A model generated the notes under the pieces. The model made no database searches. It was not told where the DNA came from and saw nothing but the letters and a program-made list of their open reading frames with translations. A stretch of DNA of 64,000 nucleotides from an uncultured Gemmatimonadales bacterium. GTDB lineage: Bacteria > Gemmatimonadota > Gemmatimonadetes > Gemmatimonadales > GWC2-71-9. Shown here in pieces: positions 18,725-28,668 of this stretch. The stretch's first letter is position 1. Each line of letters starts with the position of its first letter. The translations under genes and the position numbers were made by a program. The stretch spans positions 2,086,560-2,150,559 of the forward strand of contig CAVVWJ010000002.1 in the NCBI GenBank assembly GCA_963751925.1, written 5' to 3'.

Positions 18725-19306
18725 ATGTCACCGATAGAAGGTGAGCGTTACCGGGACGGCATCGCTGCAGAGGCGACGCCGGTGCCGGGCGCGCCGCTGG
18801 AAACAGCCGACGAAGCCACTCTGACGCTCCGATTTCGAGAGCGGCTCCGGCTCTTCGCGTTGCGACGTCTCCGGGACGCAGCGGCAGCAGAAGACGTGGC
18901 ACAGGAAACTCTGCGCCGCGTGGTGGAAGCATGCCGTGCGGGGCGAATCGAGAATCCGGCGGCCTTGCCGGGATTCGTCTTCCAAACAGCTCACCATGTC
19001 TGTTTACAGCACTTTCGCTCCAACAAGCGAGAGGGCCGAGCGCTGCTTCGGCTGAGCGGTGAAGATCCCCCTGAACGGGAAGTGCATCCACTCGCATCGC
19101 TGATCGGGGACGAGCAGCGCAAAGCAGTGCGTAGCGCACTCGAACGGCTGGATCAGGACGATCGGGAGCTATTGCGGATGGTGTATTACGAGGAGATGGA
19201 GAGCCGAGTCCTGGCTGAGCGGCTTGGGCTTACGCCCGGCGCATTTCGGGTGCGGAAGCACCGGGTGTTGGGCAGGCTGGCACTACTCCTCAAGGATGAG
19301 AGTTGA
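18725..19306 (+). CDS. ECF-type RNA polymerase sigma-70 family factor
   Basis: Region 2 (EDVAQETLRRV...FVFQTAHHVCLQHFR) and region 4 (DRELLRMVYYEEMESRVLAERLGLTPGAFRVRKHRVLGRL). ATG 18725 chosen; the upstream part of the track ORF is antisense to the propeller gene. Confidence 0.8.
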   Translation: MSPIEGERYRDGIAAEATPVPGAPLETADEATLTLRFRERLRLFALRRLRDAAAAEDVAQETLRRVVEACRAGRIENPAALPGFVFQTAHHVCLQHFRSNKREGRALLRLSGEDPPEREVHPLASLIGDEQRKAVRSALERLDQDDRELLRMVYYEEMESRVLAERLGLTPGAFRVRKHRVLGRLALLLKDES

Positions 19307-19338
19307 AACGGAGTGGCCGCTACGGGAACTTACTTCGG

Positions 19339-19995
19339 ATGAGTACAGACGCTTTGACGTGCGACCTCGTCGACGAGAGCGACATCGACAGCCGCTACCT
19401 TGCGGGACAGCTGAGCGAGGAGCAGGCGGAAGCCTTTGAGTCCCATTACTTCGAATGCCAGCGCTGCTGGGCATTAGTACAGCAAGGGCTTTCCGTCCGG
19501 GCTGGGTTCGAGGGCGTTAGCCAACAAGTCCGAGATCCCGAAGCCATGCCTCGTACAATCAAGGCCCGGAGACACAAAATCGGCTGGAGTCTTGCCGCAG
19601 CGGCAGCCCTGGCCATAGCTGTGGTTGGAGTTCGGCAGGCGCATCTGTCGAACCCCCACGTGAGCGACCCCGAAGCCCCCCGAGGCGTTGGAATGGAGCG
19701 GTTTCGGCTTTCCCCGGCTGCTACCATCGGCTCCGTGAGTGCGGCGTGGCCGAAGCTGCCAGAGGCTCAAGCCTATCGGATCAGGCTGTACACTGAGGAT
19801 GGCACGGTGCTCGCCGAGCACGAGACCGGCGATACGAGCATCTCATTGGGAGTGGACGTTCTCACTCGAATCCCGGTGGGTCATCCCGCTTACTGGCAAG
19901 TACAAGCACTCAATGCGACCCACGATGAGCTGGCACGCTCTGAGCTCACCAAGGCGGAACTCCCCACCAATCGATCAACCGTGCCGGCTCGCTAG
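19339..19995 (+). CDS. anti-sigma factor, zf-HC2 type, single-pass membrane protein
   Basis: H-x3-C-x2-C motif (HYFECQRCW), a central TM segment (IGWSLAAAAALAIAVVGV), immediately downstream of the ECF sigma gene. Confidence 0.65.
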   Translation: MSTDALTCDLVDESDIDSRYLAGQLSEEQAEAFESHYFECQRCWALVQQGLSVRAGFEGVSQQVRDPEAMPRTIKARRHKIGWSLAAAAALAIAVVGVRQAHLSNPHVSDPEAPRGVGMERFRLSPAATIGSVSAAWPKLPEAQAYRIRLYTEDGTVLAEHETGDTSISLGVDVLTRIPVGHPAYWQVQALNATHDELARSELTKAELPTNRSTVPAR

Positions 19996-21698
19996 AGCGC
20001 GGGTCCGGCCCCGAGCATGGCCTGTCGCACCAGCGGGATGGGCGGCCCTCCGTACGAGAGAAATTCGTCGTGGAATTTGTGCCAGGCACTCCTGCCGCCC
20101 CTAGTCGCAGTCCAGTCGCTCCTGAGCTTCCGGATCATCAGCTTACCCAAGGTGTAGTTGAGATAGGCCGGATCATACGTCCCTCGTGCGGCTTGCTGGC
20201 GGGCGTTCCCCGGGTCCTGGTACGCCTGTTCGCGGAACATCCGTTCGGATTGCTCGACCGTCATGCCCTTGGTGTGCATGCCAATGGCGGAGAGAAACCG
20301 GACGTTTCGGAGCAGGGCGTTTAATAACTGACCGACGTGAACCTCGGGACTTCCATTGCCCAGTCCCGCCTCCCACATCATCTCCTCGGTGTAGTGCGCC
20401 CATCCCTCGGCGAATGCATACCCCACAAAAACCTGCCCGAACTTCGAGCTGGACCGGTTCGAATGCAGAAAATTCAGGAAGTGTCCCGGCCACACCTCAT
20501 GCACGCTGGTGAACAGAAGATTGGACCAGCCCGGGATGTACGCCGCTTGCTCTGCCCGTGACCAGGTTGGGTCAGGCGGAGCTATGTAATAGATGGAAGG
20601 AATGTTCTTTTCGTAGGGTCCCGGGATATCTATGTACGCGAAGTTGAATCTCTGGTACGGTGGAGCTTCATGCACCAGCGCCCGTTCACTACCTGGGACG
20701 GACACGATGTCATGGTTCCGAACGAAAGCCTCCAGGGTATCCAGCTGGGCACGTGCTGCCACCACGGCGCCGCCCGAAGGCTTGTGCGCATTTACCTTCG
20801 CGACGCAGGACTTTATCGATTGTCCCGGGGTAATGTGACCACACGCCTCCTTCAAGGCGGCCAAATTGCGATCGAGATCGGCTCGGCCGAGTGCATCAAG
20901 AGTGTCCAGCGGTACATCGACCATTTCGGTTGATCGCAGCATGTCGGCAAATAACTCGCGCCCCATGGCGTAGTCCTTGGTTCCGCCGCCACGCTGCTGA
21001 ACGAACCAGGAGTCAATATCGCGAAGTGCTTTGGCTGCAGCGGCGTTGGCCGAGGTGAACTCCCGCCGGGTGGTTGAGTCCTGCACCGAGTCGAACGCCA
21101 TAGGGACATCGTGGCCGAGATAGCTGGCCAGACCACTAAAGCGGCCGTGCCCGATATCGGCGTATGCCTTGGGCATGGGAGTTCGCAGGTTGGCTTTGAT
21201 CTGAGCCAGTGCTCCCGGGAGCGCGCCGGCCCAGCGAGTGTAGGCCTGCATTCGCTTCTCCAATGAGGCATAGGGTCGGGCGAGATACACATTGGGGTCG
21301 ATCTGGTCGGCATACCACGATGGGTTTCGATGCGGCCAATCGGCCCGCTCCAGCCAGAAAAGATCTCGATTGATGACGGCGAGCACGTAATCCCGCTCCA
21401 GCCGGTTCGCCGCATTGGAGCTGTCGATGGGGAAAGCCGTCGCGCTGTCACGCAACTGGTGCAACTGCCCGCTCCAACGCTTCAGTCCCGCGTCGCTCCA
21501 ATCGGGAAACTTTCCGTCATAATCATGCCTGCCCTGGTAGACGGCAAACAGGGGATTCGATGCGAAATAGGCTTCGACAAATCCACTAACAAAGACGCGC
21601 CAATCCGGACGCGCCGCCTGTGGCCTGGAAGCAGGACTACACATGGTAAGCAGGCAGAGAGCGCTTGCGAGCGGAAGCGATCGACACAGGCGAGGCAT
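19992..21698 (-). CDS. DUF885 family (metallopeptidase-like) secreted protein
   Basis: HEVWPGHF motif (HExxPGH, characteristic of DUF885) and an N-terminal signal peptide. Confidence 0.7.
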   Translation of the reverse strand: MPRLCRSLPLASALCLLTMCSPASRPQAARPDWRVFVSGFVEAYFASNPLFAVYQGRHDYDGKFPDWSDAGLKRWSGQLHQLRDSATAFPIDSSNAANRLERDYVLAVINRDLFWLERADWPHRNPSWYADQIDPNVYLARPYASLEKRMQAYTRWAGALPGALAQIKANLRTPMPKAYADIGHGRFSGLASYLGHDVPMAFDSVQDSTTRREFTSANAAAAKALRDIDSWFVQQRGGGTKDYAMGRELFADMLRSTEMVDVPLDTLDALGRADLDRNLAALKEACGHITPGQSIKSCVAKVNAHKPSGGAVVAARAQLDTLEAFVRNHDIVSVPGSERALVHEAPPYQRFNFAYIDIPGPYEKNIPSIYYIAPPDPTWSRAEQAAYIPGWSNLLFTSVHEVWPGHFLNFLHSNRSSSKFGQVFVGYAFAEGWAHYTEEMMWEAGLGNGSPEVHVGQLLNALLRNVRFLSAIGMHTKGMTVEQSERMFREQAYQDPGNARQQAARGTYDPAYLNYTLGKLMIRKLRSDWTATRGGRSAWHKFHDEFLSYGGPPIPLVRQAMLGAGPAL

Positions 21699-21778
21699 AG
21701 AATCTCCCAGAAGGTCGGTAGCGGGGCAGCTGGTCTCAAAGCTACAGCCGCCCCGCTCCTACTGAGAGACCAGCTCGC

Positions 21779-22672
21779 TCATTTGTGGCACTGCGCACCC
21801 AGAGCGCCGGTAATCGATGCGACGACACGGTCCACGACGTTGAAGTTTGAAGCGTAGGTCAGCGCGTCTTCCACCATATCCTTGGCCAGGTTGCCTACCT
21901 GCGGCGGAAGCGGCTCGAGCCGGAATTGCCCCACACGCCATACTTCTTGCACTTGTCCTAGACTCCCGATCTTGCACTGCTCTAGATCCAGAATGGGATC
22001 GAGGTGGAGCTCATAACGTACATTGTCGGCGTACCCGCCTATGCCTATGCGCCCACTGAAGTGGCAAGGCTGTACCACGTCGCCCAGGTCTGGACGGAGC
22101 CGTACCCTGAGGAGGTTCAGCCCGATATGAGAGATGGCGTAGGTCATGACGATTCCAGTGTTCTCGACCCGGATGTCCGGCGTGGGCACAGTCAAGTCGA
22201 ATTCTCCGGCACTCGCCTTGACGCCAAGACAGCTGTTGATCATGTACTTGTGGCCGCCGAGCAAGGCGACGTGCATGCCGAACTGGCTGAGATCGTGCTT
22301 CAGCGCATCGAAATACTTTGCGGCATCAGGACTGTCCTTGAGGCGCATTGAATGTGATGTCCCGCGAGGTGCCACCTGAATGCTGTGGACGGAGAGAACG
22401 CTCTGATGCGGGTCGGCTTCGTTATTTACGTTCTCGGTATCGGCAGATACGGCGCCCTTGAGACGTATCGCGAGTACTTGAGGCGGAGCGGAGATGGCCG
22501 CGGCCGGCTGCGCCGCCGTACCGGGAGAAGCTGAGGTCCCAGCACTAACCGTCGGGCTGGATGGTATCACTCCAGCGACTGGGCGAGCCGGTCGGACCTG
22601 AGCTGAGATGGGCTGAACCACCAGCCACACTCCCGCTGCGACTGGAACCCAGATACGGAGGAGATTTCTCAT
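21779..22672 (-). CDS. hypothetical secreted protein
   Basis: Start placed at ATG 22672 (MRNLLRIWVPVAAGVWLVVQPISAQ signal peptide). No recognisable domain. Divergent from the TPR-CHAT gene. Confidence 0.5.
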   Translation of the reverse strand: MRNLLRIWVPVAAGVWLVVQPISAQVRPARPVAGVIPSSPTVSAGTSASPGTAAQPAAAISAPPQVLAIRLKGAVSADTENVNNEADPHQSVLSVHSIQVAPRGTSHSMRLKDSPDAAKYFDALKHDLSQFGMHVALLGGHKYMINSCLGVKASAGEFDLTVPTPDIRVENTGIVMTYAISHIGLNLLRVRLRPDLGDVVQPCHFSGRIGIGGYADNVRYELHLDPILDLEQCKIGSLGQVQEVWRVGQFRLEPLPPQVGNLAKDMVEDALTYASNFNVVDRVVASITGALGAQCHK

Positions 22673-22803
22673 TGCGCGTTCGCGAAGGTCGCGTCCGGTG
22701 AGATGTACATGACGTGGAGTCTCCAGGTTGCGGGGTGCAGGCTTGATGGGGGTATGACGGGGACGTAGCTTCGAACATCCCCGCCCTTCTTGAGTCACCA
22801 ATC

Positions 22804-25515
22804 ATGGCCCAGCGTTACGTCGCGATGAAAAAGCTCCCCTCATCGTTGCGTTGTCTCGCCCTCCTTCTGGCGACGTTCTGCAGGTCCACCCCCCCAGCTG
22901 ATTCCCGCTCGGCTTCTCCGTTTACCGTCGCAGACAGCCTTCAGCACGACGGCCGATTCCGGGAAGCAGTTCCGATCTACCGAGCGCTACGAGACTCGCT
23001 GGCTGGGGCGCATGACACCGCCGGATACTGGCGGGCCGAGCTCTGGTTGTCTCAGATGCTTTGGCGCACACGGCAGCGAGACAGCGCAACAGCGGCGGTC
23101 GAGCAGGCGATGCTGTTGGCCAGGGGCAACGCCGCAAGGGAGGGGTGGACCTATTGGGGCGAATGCAGCATCTGGTCCGGCCGGGGAATGTCGGATTCCG
23201 CGGTAACAGCCTGCTCGCGGTCTCTGGCGCTGAGCCGAGCCATACCGGACCACGAGCTCGAGGCGATGGTTCACTTCATGCTGGGCACCATCAATTCGCG
23301 CCTGGGACATTTTCGCGAGTCAGTAGGGGAGACGGAGCAGGCCCTCTTGTTGGAACGGCGTTACGGCCGCTCGCGACATCAGCTGGCGGGGACACTTAAC
23401 AGCATGGGCATCGAGTACGCCTCCGTCGGGCGGCTCGGCGAGGCCGAACAGATGTACCGTGAGGGCTTAGCCTTGTCTCGGACGTTCGCCACACCGTGGA
23501 CCACGATGTACCTGAACAGCAACCTGGCCGATCTACGGGCCTCGGTGGGGGACATCAACGGCGCCATAGCCCTGATGAAGGAATCGCTTCGCGGCGGCGA
23601 GGAGCTGGCGGACACCCAGCCGATGGTCTACGCGCTCAACGGCCTGGCGCAGCTCTACCTTCGAGAGAACAACCGGCCGGCGGCGAGAAGTCAGATCGAA
23701 CGGTCCCTTGCCATGAGCGCACGGGTGCATCCGCTATTTCGGACGATTGCGCTCTGGAATCTCGGGCTGATCCAGGCCGCTGACTCCCAGACCGCATCAG
23801 CCACCCACACTTTGTCCTCGGCCCTCGCGCTGGCCGATAGCTCGGGCTTCGACCTCCAGCGGGTAAATGTGAGGACCGGCCTGGCCCGTGTCGCAGCGTC
23901 GTCCGGGCACCTGGGGACCGCTCTCCGATGGGCAGACGCCGCTCTCAGGATCGCTGATTCCATGGAAGCGCCCGAAGCCCAGCTGGATGCGCTGGAAGCT
24001 CGTGCATCGGTCCTCGAGGCTGCGAGGCGGTCGGACGCTTCCAATGCGTATCTGCAAGCGCTGGCCCTACTGGAATCATGGCGAGGCCGTTTGGCCCTGG
24101 GCGATCTCCGCATGGAAGTCGCGGAGCCTAGGTGGAGCGTATATGAGGGAGCGATCCGTACCTTGTTCGCGGGCGGAGATTCCGTTGGCGCTTTTGCGGT
24201 AGCGGAGCGGGCACGTGCGCGCCTGCTGCTTGAGTTGATGGCGGAGAGAGATGCGTCGCAGCCAACCACCTCACGCTCCGCAACACTGCGCCGGCAGCTC
24301 TCGGAAGAGTACGTGGAGCGTGGTTCCGTCGAGGATGCTCGCGCTCGAGCAACGCTGGACCGAACCATCGAGCAGCTGACCGACTCCCTCAAGATGGTCG
24401 AATCGGTGGAGCGAGCCAGTGAGCCGGGGGGCGCTGCTCGCTATCCCACGCCCGCGCCACTACCCAGCCTGCGCGTTGGGCTGCTCGGCCCGGGGCGCGC
24501 CTTGCTCAGCTTCTTTTGGGGCGAGCGAGAGGTCTACGGTTGGTGGATCACAGACTCGGCAGTCCACGCGGCGCGCCTGGGCTCGCCTGATTCACTGGCA
24601 GCGATGGTGGACTTTCTTCGCAGCGCGGTTGACGATCCCTCGACCGGATCCATCTGGGAAGCACCCGCAGCGCGGGCCTTTCAAAAGTTTATAGCCCCGC
24701 TCGCACCTGACACCGCACCGGAGATCCTGATTGTTCCAGACGGACCGCTGGCATACATCCCGTTCGAGGTGCTTATACCGGAAACGGGAGCGCCACCGTG
24801 GGGCGCCACTCATCGTGTAATCTACGGGCCTTCGGCATCTGTGCTGCTGGCACTGGGTCAGACTCGGCGCCCGAGCCGATGGAAGCGTGAGATGCTGGCC
24901 GTGGGCAATCCTCGGATGACGCAGGGGGCGACACATGGAGAACAGCTTCGGGCTGTTCTAGTAAGAAACCCCGCCGACCTTCCCTACGCTGAAGAAGAGG
25001 CGCGATCCATCGGGGCGCTCTTCGGACCAGGGGCCGACCTGCTCCTGGGACGGAATGCGACGCTGCAGCACTGGTTCAAATCCAATCCCTCTCAGTACCG
25101 CTACCTTCATTTCGCTGCCCACACGGAGGTCAGCGAACGAGGCTCCGATAGTACCGACATTATCCTGTCAGGCGGCAGGCTCGATCTGCCAGCCATTCGG
25201 AGGCTGGAGCTCGAGTCCGAGCTGGTAACCCTCTCCGCGTGTGAGACCGCCTTGGGCCACCGGCTCCGAGGTGAGGGCATTGTCGGCTTGCCACACGCGT
25301 TTCTTGCGGCCGGTGCCCACGGCGCAGTGGTGACACTCTGGCGCATCGGCGATCGATCTGCCGCTGACTTCATGCGCGACTTCTACCGAGAGCTGCATCG
25401 AGGCCGGTCCCCAGCCGACGCCCTCCTGATTGTTCGGCAGCGCTGGTCCGAGACACGAGGGCCGGAGCGACACCCATCACGATGGGCGGCGTTCATCCTG
25501 GTGGGGGGCAATTAA
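22804..25515 (+). CDS. TPR-repeat + CHAT-domain (caspase-like protease) protein
   Basis: 903 aa. Long TPR-like helical repeats, then a C-terminal CHAT domain with the His (YLHFAAHTEV) and Cys (LVTLSACETALG) dyad. Hydrophobic N-terminus with a lipobox-like LLATFC. Confidence 0.85.
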   Translation: MAQRYVAMKKLPSSLRCLALLLATFCRSTPPADSRSASPFTVADSLQHDGRFREAVPIYRALRDSLAGAHDTAGYWRAELWLSQMLWRTRQRDSATAAVEQAMLLARGNAAREGWTYWGECSIWSGRGMSDSAVTACSRSLALSRAIPDHELEAMVHFMLGTINSRLGHFRESVGETEQALLLERRYGRSRHQLAGTLNSMGIEYASVGRLGEAEQMYREGLALSRTFATPWTTMYLNSNLADLRASVGDINGAIALMKESLRGGEELADTQPMVYALNGLAQLYLRENNRPAARSQIERSLAMSARVHPLFRTIALWNLGLIQAADSQTASATHTLSSALALADSSGFDLQRVNVRTGLARVAASSGHLGTALRWADAALRIADSMEAPEAQLDALEARASVLEAARRSDASNAYLQALALLESWRGRLALGDLRMEVAEPRWSVYEGAIRTLFAGGDSVGAFAVAERARARLLLELMAERDASQPTTSRSATLRRQLSEEYVERGSVEDARARATLDRTIEQLTDSLKMVESVERASEPGGAARYPTPAPLPSLRVGLLGPGRALLSFFWGEREVYGWWITDSAVHAARLGSPDSLAAMVDFLRSAVDDPSTGSIWEAPAARAFQKFIAPLAPDTAPEILIVPDGPLAYIPFEVLIPETGAPPWGATHRVIYGPSASVLLALGQTRRPSRWKREMLAVGNPRMTQGATHGEQLRAVLVRNPADLPYAEEEARSIGALFGPGADLLLGRNATLQHWFKSNPSQYRYLHFAAHTEVSERGSDSTDIILSGGRLDLPAIRRLELESELVTLSACETALGHRLRGEGIVGLPHAFLAAGAHGAVVTLWRIGDRSAADFMRDFYRELHRGRSPADALLIVRQRWSETRGPERHPSRWAAFILVGGN

Positions 25516-25563
25516 CACCTCGCCCCAATCCACCCATTCAGCGCATCGCTCGGCTGCCGAGTC

Positions 25564-26103
25564 TCACTGCTTTGACGGATCTGCGTTGGGATCGACCGTG
25601 GTAACCTTCCCACCGCCCTTGGCGGGAATGTCAACACAGTAGTATTCACAAACCTTATCGGTCTCGCTGGCCAGGACGCACTGTTCTGTAGCACTCTCGA
25701 GAAGCCACTGACAGCCAGTAGAGGGCTTCCCAATGGGCACATACCCTCGGTCGGCTTGTGCGACGGTGCGTGTTGGCCGGCCGATGAGATCGGCTCGGTT
25801 TACCCGACGGGTGTGTGACACAAGTCGGTTCTTCGCTGCCCACTCCTTGAAGTCAGCTACATACGCCTTGTAGTCCACAGATGCCTTGCTGGCCGTGGGT
25901 TGATTAGGAGAGTTGAGCCCAACCTCCAGGGCATGGCCTCTTTGCTTAAACGCGCTCAAGTCACTCTGCAGATTTGCCTGCGCCGCAGCTACGCTGGGAA
26001 GAAAGCTGAACAATGCCAGCAACCAGGTTGTCACTTTGGCCACTCGGGCCGTACAGGATTTTGGATTCATCGTCCACCTCTGAGATGTGAAAAGGGCTTT
26101 CAC
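25564..26103 (-). CDS. hypothetical secreted protein with 4-Cys C-terminal module
   Basis: Signal peptide (LLALFSFLPSVAAAQA). Four Cys in the last ~50 residues. No recognisable domain. Confidence 0.45.
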   Translation of the reverse strand: MKALFTSQRWTMNPKSCTARVAKVTTWLLALFSFLPSVAAAQANLQSDLSAFKQRGHALEVGLNSPNQPTASKASVDYKAYVADFKEWAAKNRLVSHTRRVNRADLIGRPTRTVAQADRGYVPIGKPSTGCQWLLESATEQCVLASETDKVCEYYCVDIPAKGGGKVTTVDPNADPSKQ

Positions 26104-26217
26104 GAGGGAATGAGCAGCCTCCCAGATTCGCCCTCGCCTTTCAGAGTCACCTGTGGGTGGCGTGCGTTACACCCCAACCTGCTGGCGCCCCAGTCCGTTT
26201 AAACCTTTCTTTCTGAC

Positions 26218-27993
26218 ATGCATGGCACGCTACCGCAGGCGAGCTCGGTCGAGCTCGACGCCGCTCTCCTCCAAGCGTCGATCACCGCCGCACTGGCCGT
26301 CCTGTGCGCCTTCCTCTTCTTTCGATACCGAAAGCCCTACTTCGCGTGGTGGGCCGGGGCCTGGGCACTCTATCTCCTGCGAGTAGCTGCGATCACGAGC
26401 TTTCTCATCTCGTCGCAGCGGATATGGTTGTACTGGCATCAAGTGGTAACAGGTTGGACTGCGCTGACGCTGCTCTATGCAGCCCTGGTATTCTCGCAGC
26501 AGGTCCGCTGGCGTTGGTGGTACCTCGGCCTGGTGCTCTTTCCGCCAGTCTGGTCCTACATCGCGATCTACAAGCTCGATCATTTCCTCTGGGCCGCGGG
26601 GCCGGCAGTTCTCTTTCTCAGCCTTGCGACCCTCTGGACCAGCTGGGTGTTCCTGCGCTATCGCCGGAATGTCCCCTCCAGCGGCGCCACTTTGTTGTCG
26701 GTCGCCTTTGCCCTCTGGGGCCTGCATCACCTCGACTATCCCTTCCTCCGGGCGCGCGGGAGCTGGGCCCCGTGGGGGTACTACGTGGACATCCTGCTCA
26801 CACTCGCGGTGGGGGCAGGCATCCTGCTCCTCGTGCTCGATGATCTTCGTCGTGGGCTGGCTGCGCTCTCCGCTCTATCGGGGGACCTTCAGCGCGCCGG
26901 CCGGGAACAGGATGTGCTCGATGCGCTTCTGGCCCGCCCGCTCACTCTTCCAGCGGTTCGGGGCAGCGCTCTGTATCTCACGGCCGATGAGAGTGGCAAG
27001 TTCGTCCGCGGTGCCGGCGTCTGCGCCACATGGGACGAGAAGCCGATGTCCGAATCGGCTGCCGCGGTTCTCGGACAAGTAATCGCTACGGGGCGGCCTC
27101 ACTTTACCAGTGCCTGGAGCCAGGGTGATTCCGGGAGCTCGCCTTTTGCCTTCGCCGCAGTATTGCCGATTCTCCGCGGTCAGAATGTCGTTGCCGTGCT
27201 CGTACTGGTTGGCCACGCACGGGATCCGTTCACTGCTTTGGACGAGGGTTTTCTGGTCGCGTTGGGGCACCAGGTCGGAGCCGCGCTGGAGAATGCTGAC
27301 CTGTACCGCCGTCTGGAGACCCGCACCATCGAGCTGGCCCGCCTGTCTGCCCGGATGATCGAGCAGCATGAGGAGGAGCGCCGCCGGCTCTCGCGCGAGC
27401 TCCACGATGAGACGGCACAGGTATTCTCGGCTGTGAAGATGGAGCTGGGAGTCCTTCGTGGACGAGTGCCGGAGGAACAAATCAGGCGGCTGGATCAGGT
27501 GCTCGAGCTCATTGATACCGGTATCCGGAGCATCCGTAATGTGACCAATGATCTCCGGCCCTCTCTGCTGGACGACCTCGGCTTGCTCCCGGCGTTGCGG
27601 TCACTCGTCAGCGATTTCAGCGAGCGGAGCGGCATCCACACTGATCTGGCTTCTCCCACAACACTGCCTCCCCTATCTCGTGAGGCGGAGCTGGCCCTGT
27701 TCCGGGCACTGCAGGAGGCATTGTCGAACGTGCTACGGCATGCGGATGCACGATCGGTCGGCGTCGGTATCTCGATCAGCGCCGACGGCGTGCTGCTCCA
27801 GGTGAGCGACGACGGCAAGGGGCTGCCAGCCGGGGTAACGGCTGAGGGGCTCGAGCTCGGTGGGCACATGGGTCTGGCAGGCATGCGCGAGCGCATTACG
27901 GCACTCGGCGGCACCGTTCGACTGAAAGCGCAAACCAATACTGGTGCGCTCCTGGAAGTCCTCGTCCCCGCCAGAGTCCCTCAGAACCCATGA
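26218..27993 (+). CDS. membrane sensor histidine kinase (multi-TM N-terminus, GAF, HisKA_3, HATPase_c)
   Basis: H-box LSRELHDETAQ, N-box EALSNVLRHA, G-boxes DDGKGL / GLAGMRERI, about 6 N-terminal TM segments. Confidence 0.85.
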   Translation: MHGTLPQASSVELDAALLQASITAALAVLCAFLFFRYRKPYFAWWAGAWALYLLRVAAITSFLISSQRIWLYWHQVVTGWTALTLLYAALVFSQQVRWRWWYLGLVLFPPVWSYIAIYKLDHFLWAAGPAVLFLSLATLWTSWVFLRYRRNVPSSGATLLSVAFALWGLHHLDYPFLRARGSWAPWGYYVDILLTLAVGAGILLLVLDDLRRGLAALSALSGDLQRAGREQDVLDALLARPLTLPAVRGSALYLTADESGKFVRGAGVCATWDEKPMSESAAAVLGQVIATGRPHFTSAWSQGDSGSSPFAFAAVLPILRGQNVVAVLVLVGHARDPFTALDEGFLVALGHQVGAALENADLYRRLETRTIELARLSARMIEQHEEERRRLSRELHDETAQVFSAVKMELGVLRGRVPEEQIRRLDQVLELIDTGIRSIRNVTNDLRPSLLDDLGLLPALRSLVSDFSERSGIHTDLASPTTLPPLSREAELALFRALQEALSNVLRHADARSVGVGISISADGVLLQVSDDGKGLPAGVTAEGLELGGHMGLAGMRERITALGGTVRLKAQTNTGALLEVLVPARVPQNP

Positions 27994-28643
27994 ATTCCGC
28001 CACGATCCGGGTTCTGGTAGCCGACGATCACACGATTGTTCGAAGCGGAATCCGTCACGTGCTGGACAGCGAGGAGGGCTTTACTGTCGTCGGCGAGGCT
28101 GCAACAGGTATTGAGGCGCTTTCTCTCGCAAGTGAGCTGAGGCCGGACGTTGTGGTCCTGGATCTCTCGATGCCGGGGGAGTCGGGATTTCGAGTCGCCG
28201 CCAAGCTCCGAAGTGAGTCGCCCGAGACCCGGGTGCTGATCCTGAGCATGCACGACAACGCCGAGTATGTGGTCGAAGCGGTGAGGGCAGGAGCCCACGG
28301 GTATCTGCTCAAGGATGCCGCAGCCACCGAGCTTCGAAACGCCATTCGCGCGGTCTGCCGGGGCGAGTCCTACTTCAGCCCGCAAGTGGCGGGGCGGCTC
28401 AGTGAAGCCGTACGGGGCGGCCAACCGGCTCAACTCGGCACAGTGGACCAGCTCACCAGCCGGGAACGAGAGGTGCTCGTGGGCGTCGCCAAGGGTAAGA
28501 CCAACAAGGAGATCGCCAGCGATCTCGGGATCAGCCATCGGACGGTCGAGACGCATCGGGAGAGCTTGATGCGGAAACTGCAGATCCGAACTGTGGCGGA
28601 GCTGACCCGGTTCGCACTCCACGCCGGCATCGTCCCGGGGTAG
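27990..28643 (+). CDS. NarL/LuxR-family response regulator
   Basis: REC domain (VLVADDH, VVVLDLSMPG) plus a LuxR-type HTH (LTSREREVL...KTNKEIASDLGISHRTVETHR). ATGA overlap with the kinase gene. Confidence 0.9.
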   Translation: MNSATIRVLVADDHTIVRSGIRHVLDSEEGFTVVGEAATGIEALSLASELRPDVVVLDLSMPGESGFRVAAKLRSESPETRVLILSMHDNAEYVVEAVRAGAHGYLLKDAAATELRNAIRAVCRGESYFSPQVAGRLSEAVRGGQPAQLGTVDQLTSREREVLVGVAKGKTNKEIASDLGISHRTVETHRESLMRKLQIRTVAELTRFALHAGIVPG

Positions 28644-28668
28644 CGATTAGCCTGATTATCTTGCGTCG

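Noticed and set aside
20455-20470. GGTTCGAAT, a T-loop-like string that might indicate a tRNA
   Set aside because: It lies inside the DUF885 coding region with no acceptor or anticodon arm pairing around it. No tRNA-like cloverleaf was found anywhere in the window, including upstream of selD where a tRNA-Sec was considered.
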